This document shows positions 7,920 to 15,631 of a stretch of 32,000 nucleotides of DNA, piece by piece; position 1 is the first letter of the stretch; each line of letters begins with the position of its first letter. The notes under the pieces were generated by a model. The model was not told the origin of the DNA, made no database searches, and saw only the letters and a program-made list of their open reading frames with translations. The translations under genes were made by a program, and so were the position numbers. The DNA is from Acaryochloris thomasi RCC1774. GTDB lineage: Bacteria > Cyanobacteriota > Cyanobacteriia > Thermosynechococcales > Thermosynechococcaceae. The stretch lies in NCBI RefSeq assembly GCF_003231495.1, contig NZ_PQWO01000001.1, forward strand, positions 540,001 through 572,000, given 5' to 3'.

Positions 7920-8135
7920 ATGAAGGTATGGCTCACTAGTTTTATTGTGCTGTTGGCTTTGGTTGAAAGCAGTAAGTGGCTTCAGCAGATTGCACTGCCT
8001 TGGCCAGCCCTACTAATAGGAGGAGCGGCGTTAGCCGTAATCTCTAACGGGTCTGTTTTATTCACTCAGTCTGATCTCATGCTGCGGTCGATGCCTGAAA
8101 AGATGATTGAGAAGAAACGCTCTGCATCGGAGTAA
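7920..8135 (+). CDS. Small putative membrane protein (71 aa, two hydrophobic helices)
   Basis: The ATG is 6 nt after the upstream stop, on the same strand. Hydrophobic segments are WLTSFIVLLALV and PALLIGGAALAVI. Hairpins follow at 8162..8179 and 8183..8215. Confidence 0.45.
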   Translation: MKVWLTSFIVLLALVESSKWLQQIALPWPALLIGGAALAVISNGSVLFTQSDLMLRSMPEKMIEKKRSASE

Positions 8136-8276
8136 GAAGATCTGTGAACAGCAGGGCAGATAGCAAGCTTGTGCTTGCTTTCCAGTCTTCTAAAATTGGC
8201 AAACTGTGAAGACTGCGAAGTTTTTGATAAGAACAAAGCGAAGAAGAACTAGATAGAGCTAGGCCTGTCTTCTTTG

Positions 8277-8837
8277 TTAGCGTCCCATTTTCCGTTTTAA
8301 TTGATCGAGTTCATCATCCATTTCCCAGCGCTGGAACTGCTCTTCTAGAGGGTCGGAGGCTCCTCCGGAGGACGTTTTCTGATACCAGCCGGTCGTCTGG
8401 GCGGTGCGGGCGGTTTGCTGTTTAGGTGCCTGACGAATCTTCGCCTGAACTTCTTGCCGGCGGACCTGAATTTTTTGATGAAGCTCTTTGGTTTGAGCAA
8501 CGCGCTCTTTGATAATTTCAAGCTGCCCCCACTGCTGGTTGCCCTGGCGCAGGAGTGCAGCTTCTCGCTGCTCCGCTGCCGTTGCTAAATCTTTGCGACC
8601 AGCCTGCTGTGCTTTTTTGATACGCTGATGCCAGCGCTGAATTTCATTGGCCGTCTCTAGAATGGCTTTTTGCTGCTGTTGTTCTTCGGCCTGAAGTTGG
8701 GCCAGTAGTTTTGCGGTATCTGCGGCTTGATCACGAAGCTTATCATCAAGAACCTGTAGCTCTAAATGAGGATGGGCACGTAGATATTCCTCAAGGCGCT
8801 CTTCTAGGAAGCGGCTAACATCGTCGAATACACTCAT
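8277..8837 (-). CDS. Conserved cyanobacterial coiled-coil protein (resembles the TIGR04376 family)
   Basis: N-terminus MSVFDDVSRFLEERLEEYLRAHPHLELQVLDD.., followed by a long Q/E/K/R-rich coiled coil. Start placed at ATG 8837 (M12 of the track ORF). The family name is from memory. Confidence 0.7.
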   Translation of the reverse strand: MSVFDDVSRFLEERLEEYLRAHPHLELQVLDDKLRDQAADTAKLLAQLQAEEQQQQKAILETANEIQRWHQRIKKAQQAGRKDLATAAEQREAALLRQGNQQWGQLEIIKERVAQTKELHQKIQVRRQEVQAKIRQAPKQQTARTAQTTGWYQKTSSGGASDPLEEQFQRWEMDDELDQLKRKMGR

Positions 8838-9130
8838 CGGGCAATTTCCATCAAGATTGATTGGTCCCACTTATTAAAGTGTGTCATATTTCTTTATTCC
8901 GACTTCAATCTTTGACCGATTCATGCAAAAAAGCCGTTTTGTATCCGTCAATCGTTCATCTATCCGCTCAATAGCGTTGAGGTTTAAAGCCAGACCAATG
9001 ATGAATATCTTCTCATACAGGATGAGAGGTTTCTTACTGCGGCACCACTTCTGTTTCAAGCTGGCTATCTACGGTTAAGGTGTGGAAATCAAAAGGAGAT
9101 AGCGTATAGGCGGCCTTGAGTCGATGTTTA

Positions 9131-9152
9131 ATTTATACATCGATGTATAAAT
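9131..9152. promoter_or_regulatory. Perfect 22-bp palindrome, candidate operator in a divergent promoter region
   Basis: ATTTATACATCGATGTATAAAT equals its own reverse complement. TATAAAT (-10-like) reads outward on both strands. An extra TCGATGT half-site lies at 9121-9127. Confidence 0.5.
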
Positions 9153-9257
9153 AGGCTGCTCATAGGAACTAGCCATTAGGGGAATACGCTCACGAGTTGC
9201 TCACATCTGTCATAACTAGAGAGGCGCTAACGAACAGTAAGCAAGACTCTACAAAAG

Positions 9258-10796
9258 ATGGTGATTTCAAAAATAAGGCAGCTCATACTGTTGCTTTTCG
9301 CGGGTCTTTTCATCGTCCTGTCTTGGTGGGGCATCTATTCAGCACAGATAGGAGTGACGAGTCGTTCCCTAACGGTTGAGGACATTCCGATGCAGTTGAT
9401 GACTCCGCAGACAGCAGGGCAGCATCCTGGTGTCTTAATTGCCCACGGTTTCTCTGGCTCCAAACAGCTGATGCTTGGGTATGCCTATGTGCTGGTTCAC
9501 AACGGCTACGGTGTGCTGCTCTGGGATTTGCCAGGGCACGGGGCCAACACACAGCCCTTTGTCTATGAGTCTCTACAGCATAGTTTTGACGTATCGCTCT
9601 CGACCTTGGAACAACAGCCAGAGATTGATCCTCAGAGACTCGCTGCGTTAGGGCATTCAATGGGTGGGGGGGTTGCCCTAAGGGGCGGCATTGAGCATGG
9701 TGATCAGCTTGATGCGGTGGTGGCGATTTCATCTACTGATGCCCCGGTCACGCCGGAGCTACCTAAAAATTTGAATCTCCAGATTGGTCAGTGGGAATCT
9801 TATCTTGCTCCCTATGCAGAGCGATTGTTGGACCAAGCGGGGGGTGCCAGTCTAGATGTGTCGCAGGGGCGAGGGCGGTCCTTCAAAATTATTCCTGCCG
9901 TGGAGCATGCCACGATTTTGTTTAGCGATGTCAGCCATCAAGAGTCGCTTAACTGGCTCAACCAAACCTTTGGCTTGACCTCTATGAGTACCTATAAAGA
10001 TCGACGAATGGCTTGGTATGGTTTGCACCTGCTAGGGTGGGTGGTTGCGATCGCATCTGCTCTACCGACAGTCATCAAACCACCTTCCCCTCCCTCAAAA
10101 TCCTGGGATTCCATGCCTTCCCCCGCGTCTCCTGTCCCGGGACCATCACAACCACTCCAGAGAAAAGCGACTGCGGCCCGATGGAGCTGGGGCGGCCTTT
10201 TGTTCGCTCCGGTCATCCCCATCGCATTCCTTAAGCTGCTTAACCGACAAACCCCCATCGATAATTTAGGTGGCTTGCTGATTGGGGGTGCCCTTGGCGT
10301 TTGGATGCTGCTCGCCGGGTTAGTGTGGTTGGGCACGGTCACTGCTGGGGGCCGAGCTGCGATTAGAAAACCCACAATCAAAGATCTGAAGGTGGGTGCG
10401 GTTGGCTTTGCAATGTTGTGGCTGGGGCTGGGGGCCTTGGCACAATGGGTCTGGCTGCCCTGGTTTCTTGTGCCGACTCGGCTGCTCCTGTGGGTTGCGA
10501 TCTCGGTCGCCTGCATTCCCTGGTTCCTGGCGTCTAGCCTCGTGCAGCATCAGGCAAAACGGCGACGCCGTCTAGCGTGGTGGCTGGGACAAAGCCTTGT
10601 CTTCTTGGTGGGATTAACCGGCACGATTGCACTGTTGCCTTCTTTGGGATTCTTGGCGATCATGCTGCCTGTTTTCCCGCTTTTGGTCGCTCTGTTTTCA
10701 CTGGTTACTGCTAAGGCTGCCTCACCCTGGGGTGCTTGCCTTGCCTGTGCGCCCATTTTTAGTTGGCTAATTGTGACACCCTTTCCGTTGGTTTAG
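9258..10796 (+). CDS. Alpha/beta-hydrolase domain fused to a C-terminal polytopic membrane domain
   Basis: N-terminal TM helix. Motifs HGFSGSK, the nucleophile elbow GHSMGGG, and a late VEHATI (candidate catalytic His). A Pro/Ser-rich linker (PPSPPSKSWDSMPSPASPVPGPSQP) is followed by about 7 hydrophobic helices. Confidence 0.8.
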   Translation: MVISKIRQLILLLFAGLFIVLSWWGIYSAQIGVTSRSLTVEDIPMQLMTPQTAGQHPGVLIAHGFSGSKQLMLGYAYVLVHNGYGVLLWDLPGHGANTQPFVYESLQHSFDVSLSTLEQQPEIDPQRLAALGHSMGGGVALRGGIEHGDQLDAVVAISSTDAPVTPELPKNLNLQIGQWESYLAPYAERLLDQAGGASLDVSQGRGRSFKIIPAVEHATILFSDVSHQESLNWLNQTFGLTSMSTYKDRRMAWYGLHLLGWVVAIASALPTVIKPPSPPSKSWDSMPSPASPVPGPSQPLQRKATAARWSWGGLLFAPVIPIAFLKLLNRQTPIDNLGGLLIGGALGVWMLLAGLVWLGTVTAGGRAAIRKPTIKDLKVGAVGFAMLWLGLGALAQWVWLPWFLVPTRLLLWVAISVACIPWFLASSLVQHQAKRRRRLAWWLGQSLVFLVGLTGTIALLPSLGFLAIMLPVFPLLVALFSLVTAKAASPWGACLACAPIFSWLIVTPFPLV

Positions 10797-11217
10797 ATCC
10801 CTCTCAACAATCTGAGATCTTGCCTGTCTTGATCTATCTTGGTTTGACTTGTATCGATTACGGTTCCAATTGCGATCGCAATCTTAAATTTTTCTGCTCT
10901 CCCTTGCCATTCAAAAAATGCATTCTAGTCATGCATTACTCAATATTTTTGCCAGTTGAGAGCATTAAGGGGTAATTGAGGATACTAAACTCTGGAGAGA
11001 AACTCAGTACGTTGTGAGAATGATTTAACTTTATCTTTTATCTATTTTTGTAGCCTAAAAGACAAATCTAAAGCATCGAAATATTTGCCCTTAATGCTAC
11101 TTCAACACAACCAAATTTGGCTTTAAATACCCTCATTTTTTGGCTTTACGAAGAAGACTTTTGCCGCGAACTTTCAAGATTAGATACTTGTGAAGCACTT
11201 CAGGAGACCGATTGCTT

Positions 11218-12639
11218 ATGCTTCAAGTACCGGAAAGCGATCAAGCTGAGACAGAAAAGGAAGCGCAATCCTCTGATCAGCCTCGTCAACTGACCTACAC
11301 TCAGCTTGTTTTATGCGCCGCGCTGATTGGTGCCGTCGGTGGTCTCGTCGCCACAATTTATTACTTTGTTCTAGAGTTCATGATGCATGGGATGTGGCAC
11401 ACTACCCCAGACTTTCTAGAGCCGTATTTCCCGAGCTGGTTGCCGACCCAGAACTATGTGTGGATCGCTACTACCGTGGGCGGCTTTTGCGTCGGTCTAG
11501 TCCTCTACTTTATGGGTCTACCTGGGGAGATGGCTCAGGTCGTAGACAACATCCACAGCCCCGGCAAGATTGATGTCCGTAAAACCCCGGCGATGATTAT
11601 TGCCTCTTTGGTTGCCATCACCTCTGGCGGCAGTGCCGGCCCTGAAGCACCTCTTGTACAGGTGAACGGCAGCTTTGGTAGTTGGCTGGGAGAAAAGCTA
11701 AAACTCTCAGGTGAGTCCGTGCGGGTCCTCACGTTTTGCGGCATGAGTGCGGCCCTCGGTGCTTTTTTCGGTGCCCCCATTGGCGCAGCTTTGTTTGCTT
11801 TAGAGATTCCCCATCGCAAGGGTCTGGAGTATTACGAAGCGATCGCACCTGCCATCGTCTCGGCCATCCTGTCCTTTGCCGTCTTTCGCATCAATACCGG
11901 CATCACCATCGGCGGGTTCTACCACTTTGAAACCGTTCCGGCCCTAACGCCAATGAATCTATTTGAAGGATTAGTTTTGGGCGTGATCGGTGCAGGCATA
12001 GCCGTAATGTTTATCGGGGTCTTTCGCCTCATTGGTCAACTGTTAGAGCCATTAGAGCACTACCGGATTGCCTTAGCCACATTGGGCGGTCTCTCCATTG
12101 GCTTAATTGCGTTTGCCTTTCCTCAGACGCTATTTTTCAGTGAAGAGCAGATTCATACTGTGATTGAAACCGGCGCAACGCTGGGCATTAGCTTTTTGCT
12201 GATGATTGCTGTCGCCAAAATGTTTGCCATTAGCTTTACGCTGCATTCAGGTTTCCTGGGTGGATTTATCTTCCCGCTGTTTTTTATTGGAGCTAATGTC
12301 GGTCTGGCAATTTCTCTCGCGGTGCCGCAGGTTCATCCCACAGTTGGCATGGTTTGTCTAATGGCGGCGGTGAATGTGGCCGTGACTAAAACGCCAGTAA
12401 GCAGCAGCATTATTCTCAGCGTTTTGTCGGGGACTGCGATGCTGCCGGTGATCGTCATCGCTAGCTTTACGAGCTTTTTACTCACCAGCAAGGTAACGAT
12501 GATTGGGACTCAGCGATCGCGTAGTACAGAAAGTTTGGTCATAAGTGCGATGTCTGCTCAGCCCGATTTGGTTGCAAGCCTGCAGCAGGTTGCCGGTCCG
12601 CCGCCCCCTGCTCTGCGGCTCAACGAGCCACTGAGTTGA
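11218..12639 (+). CDS. ClC-family voltage-gated chloride channel / anion:H+ antiporter homolog
   Basis: GPEAPLVQ (GREGPTVQ-type with the gating Glu), GAFFGAPIGAALFALE and GGFIFP (GxFxP). ATG 11218 has AGGAG 11 nt upstream, so it is preferred over TTG 11212. Confidence 0.85.
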   Translation: MLQVPESDQAETEKEAQSSDQPRQLTYTQLVLCAALIGAVGGLVATIYYFVLEFMMHGMWHTTPDFLEPYFPSWLPTQNYVWIATTVGGFCVGLVLYFMGLPGEMAQVVDNIHSPGKIDVRKTPAMIIASLVAITSGGSAGPEAPLVQVNGSFGSWLGEKLKLSGESVRVLTFCGMSAALGAFFGAPIGAALFALEIPHRKGLEYYEAIAPAIVSAILSFAVFRINTGITIGGFYHFETVPALTPMNLFEGLVLGVIGAGIAVMFIGVFRLIGQLLEPLEHYRIALATLGGLSIGLIAFAFPQTLFFSEEQIHTVIETGATLGISFLLMIAVAKMFAISFTLHSGFLGGFIFPLFFIGANVGLAISLAVPQVHPTVGMVCLMAAVNVAVTKTPVSSSIILSVLSGTAMLPVIVIASFTSFLLTSKVTMIGTQRSRSTESLVISAMSAQPDLVASLQQVAGPPPPALRLNEPLS

Positions 12640-13426
12640 CTAGGACAAAGCCACGGCTCTTACCTGACGTTGAATCCAAGGTATTGATCGCCTTCCATAA
12701 CGCCTCTGCTTCAACCCAGAGGGGTTCATACCTGTAGCGAGCAACATCGAGGATCAAAAATCGATCTGATTCTGCGTTGTAGGCAGCAATTGGCGAGATA
12801 TGACCGCCACCTTTTTGCCCAAGGCTGCGCCGCAAATAGTTAACAGCGACGAAGTTCTTGGGTTGTTGAAGGTTTTGCACAACGGAGTTTCGGAACTGAT
12901 CTAAACTCACTTCTTGACCATGAAAAACCTGCACATCCAAAGGATAGCTTTGAAACAGTCCTCCAAGCTCCTGTAGAGTCATGCCCTGCTTTTTGATGGT
13001 CTCGGGCTTGATGACGGTGTGAGTGTTCTCGTTTTCAAACACATTCTCTTGCGTGAAAAAGCGATAGGAGACCAATCCTGGAACGGTATGGCTGACAACT
13101 TCTGGTGCATCAACCTCTAAAGCATTGAGAATCATGACGATGGTGGCAACGCCGCAGTAGGCAAGATGATTCTGAGTCAGAAACTCCGAGGACAGCGGTA
13201 GATAGTCCCGTCGAGCTTGACTTGTAAACAACAACTGTTCGCCCGCTTGTGAGTCGAGGTCTACCAAAGCTTTCGTTTTAGAGATTTCCTGCGCAGCGCT
13301 GGAACCAGGAGAGCCAAGGATCATAGCAGTCATGATCCACCACAGGGACCAGAGGGCCGTTTCACCTCTCTCACCCAGAGGTTTAAGAGCTAGATCATAA
13401 ATTTTGCCCAGCGTTGTTGATTGCAT
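12620..13426 (-). CDS. Phytochelatin synthase-like papain-fold enzyme (prokaryotic half-size PCS), probably exported
   Basis: HLAYCGVATIVMILNAL (catalytic Cys) and GGGHISPIAAYNAESDRFLILDVARY (His and Asp). Hydrophobic N-terminal signal or anchor. The 3' end overlaps the ClC gene by 20 nt, convergently. Confidence 0.8.
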   Translation of the reverse strand: MQSTTLGKIYDLALKPLGERGETALWSLWWIMTAMILGSPGSSAAQEISKTKALVDLDSQAGEQLLFTSQARRDYLPLSSEFLTQNHLAYCGVATIVMILNALEVDAPEVVSHTVPGLVSYRFFTQENVFENENTHTVIKPETIKKQGMTLQELGGLFQSYPLDVQVFHGQEVSLDQFRNSVVQNLQQPKNFVAVNYLRRSLGQKGGGHISPIAAYNAESDRFLILDVARYRYEPLWVEAEALWKAINTLDSTSGKSRGFVLVNSVAR

Positions 13427-13752
13427 GTGCCCACCCTAAAATTTTCAGATCGCAACTTCCTGATCCTTGCACAAAGTCTTGACTCACAAAGTCCGTTAGA
13501 GGTTATCAATCGTATAGTTTCTATCCTGTGTTTTATGTTGCTTGTAGCATCTCTTTTTTGCAGAGTATTAAGAACTTTTTCCCAAATTGAGTATTGTTTT
13601 TACGAGGCGGTTGGACTCAACCCATAAACCGAGCTTTGCACTGCCCAAATGTGCTGATCTACACATTGGTCGCTCAGCCTGAGTTTTAGAATGCTTCAGT
13701 CCGATCCATCACCTTTTCCAATGCTGAGGATAGAGCCTTGCTTTGAGAGCGC

Positions 13753-15480
13753 ATGGGTCCATTTATGAAGGGTCGAGATTCTATGCAGCTCTGGCGTCGA
13801 TTACAGTTTGACAATCTTCGAGGCGATCTGTTTGGTGGTTTGACCGCAGCCATTGTTGCACTGCCGCTGGCGCTGGCCTTTGGCGTTGCTTCGGGTGCAG
13901 GTGCGATCGCAGGTCTCTACGGTGCTGTCTTCACGGGCTTCTTTGCTGCGCTATTGGGCGGTACTCCCTCCCAGGTTTCTGGCCCGACAGGTCCGATGAC
14001 CGTAGTTATGGCGACGGTGTTCGCGAAGTTAATCGCTGAGAATCCCGAGAACGGCATGGCAATGGCCTTTACTGCCGTGATGCTTAGCGGTGCACTTCAG
14101 ATTCTGTTTGGGATGCTGCGCCTGGGGCAGTTCATTACGCTGATGCCCTATACCGTCATTTCTGGTTTCATGTCTGGGATTGGGGTAATCATTGTGGCGC
14201 TGCAGCTTGCGCCTCTACTGGGACATGCAGCCCAGAGCAGCGTTGTGGAAGGACTGCAGCAGTTGCCTACCGCTCTAGCCGAACCTCATCCTGTAGCAGT
14301 GGGGCTGGGGGGATTAACGCTGCTGATCGTGTTTGGCTGGCCGAAGAGATGGGCACGAATCGTACCCTCACCGCTGGTGGCGCTGATTGTTTGCACTGCG
14401 ATCGCAACTCTCATCTTTCCCAATAACGATGTGGCCCGCATTGGCGATATTCCTCAGGGGCTACCCCAACTGCAGTGGCCGCAGCTTAGCCTGAGCCAAC
14501 TCGGCGATATTGTTGGTTATGCCCTCATGCTGGCAACCTTGGGGGCCATCGACTCATTGCTCACTTCATTGGTTGCTGACAACATCACCCGCACCCAGCA
14601 CGACTCTGAGCAGGAATTGATCGGTCAGGGCATTGGCAACCTGCTGTCCGGTTTGTTCGGCGGGCTGCCCGGTGCTGGCGCCACCATGCGGACTGTGATT
14701 AATGTGCAAGCAGGCGGACGCACCCCTCTTTCAGGCATGTTTCACGCCCTGGTTTTGCTGTGTATTGTCCTCTGGGCTGGCGGCATTACCTCTCAAATCC
14801 CCCATGCAGTTCTCGCCGGAATTTTAATTAAGGTGGGCGTCCAAATCATAGATTGGGGGTTCCTCTGGCGAATCTGTCAGGTCTCTTTTCGGGCGGCCTT
14901 GGTGACCTATGGCGTGCTGTTCCTCACCGTTTTTGTGGATCTGATCACGGCAGTTCTGGTGGGGGCTTTCGTGGCCAATATACTGACCATCCAGCGACTA
15001 ACCAGCCTCCAAATCAGCAAGATTTTGGCGGTTACCCATCCCGCTGACGATCCCAACATACTCTTGACACCTGAAGAACGACGGCTGATGGATCAGGCCC
15101 AAGGGCGTATCTTGTTGATTCAGATGAGTGGTCCCATAAGCTATGGAGCAGCCAGGACCATCTCGTACCAAATGGGGCGGAACTTTGACATCCTGATTCT
15201 CGATTTGAGTCATGTACCATTGATAGGCGTCACGGCTTCGTTGATTGTCGAAGCAGAAGTAAAAGCGGCTCGTCGCCGACAGGTCGAAATTTATATTGTT
15301 GGAGCGAGAGGCCAAGTAGAGAAACGACTGCAGCAATTTCAAGTTCAGGATGCTCTACCTGCCGCAAACTTTTTGCCCGCTTGCTCCTATGCCCTTGAGA
15401 TGGCGTTGACGTTGATCAACCTAGATGGGGTGAGGCAAACAGCAGTTATTTGCACTCAAACTCACCCAAATCGTGGATAA
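13753..15480 (+). CDS. SulP-family inorganic anion transporter with C-terminal STAS domain
   Basis: LRGDLFGGLTAAIVALPLALAFGVASG.., a polytopic core, and a C-terminal STAS-like region (ILLIQMSGPISYGAA..ILDLSHVPLIGVTA). The start is uncertain; alternative ATGs lie at 13765 and 13783. Confidence 0.85.
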   Translation: MGPFMKGRDSMQLWRRLQFDNLRGDLFGGLTAAIVALPLALAFGVASGAGAIAGLYGAVFTGFFAALLGGTPSQVSGPTGPMTVVMATVFAKLIAENPENGMAMAFTAVMLSGALQILFGMLRLGQFITLMPYTVISGFMSGIGVIIVALQLAPLLGHAAQSSVVEGLQQLPTALAEPHPVAVGLGGLTLLIVFGWPKRWARIVPSPLVALIVCTAIATLIFPNNDVARIGDIPQGLPQLQWPQLSLSQLGDIVGYALMLATLGAIDSLLTSLVADNITRTQHDSEQELIGQGIGNLLSGLFGGLPGAGATMRTVINVQAGGRTPLSGMFHALVLLCIVLWAGGITSQIPHAVLAGILIKVGVQIIDWGFLWRICQVSFRAALVTYGVLFLTVFVDLITAVLVGAFVANILTIQRLTSLQISKILAVTHPADDPNILLTPEERRLMDQAQGRILLIQMSGPISYGAARTISYQMGRNFDILILDLSHVPLIGVTASLIVEAEVKAARRRQVEIYIVGARGQVEKRLQQFQVQDALPAANFLPACSYALEMALTLINLDGVRQTAVICTQTHPNRG

Positions 15481-15631
15481 GGATTTAGAGTTGCGAGTAG
15501 TGATGGAACCGCTGACGCCCTGCCATCCCCTCCAGGTAGTGAGGCTGTTGGTCAGAGAAGCTGCTAAATCAGCTCCGACGCCAAAAGAAGTAGACTAAAT
15601 TGCTGGCGGTTTTATCCATCAAGAAAAGCAC

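Noticed and set aside
8874-9078. Pair of overlapping 61-aa and 65-aa ORFs on opposite strands in the 8838..9257 spacer
   Set aside because: Mutually exclusive AT-rich ORFs with no RBS or motifs, most likely chance ORFs in promoter DNA.
11064-11089. Looser third copy of the peroxidase-leader block (AAATCTAAA ... ATATTTGCC) upstream of the ClC gene
   Set aside because: Only a 9-mer and an 8/9-mer match, separated by an extra 8 nt. In AT-rich intergenic DNA this is within chance expectation.
10797-11217. Possible fluoride (crcB-motif) or other riboswitch in the 420-nt region upstream of the ClC gene
   Set aside because: I could not find the conserved crcB-motif core or any convincing multi-stem structure. 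I saw only a short aatgcat/atgcatt inverted repeat (10917..10937) and a HIP1-centred palindrome.
15481-15631. Direct repeats flanking the AlbA_2 gene (left spacer vs the 17045..17292 spacer) as insertion-site duplications
   Set aside because: Only weak resemblances (TAGACTAAATTGC vs TAGACGCTAATTCC). I cannot support a target-site duplication by eye.
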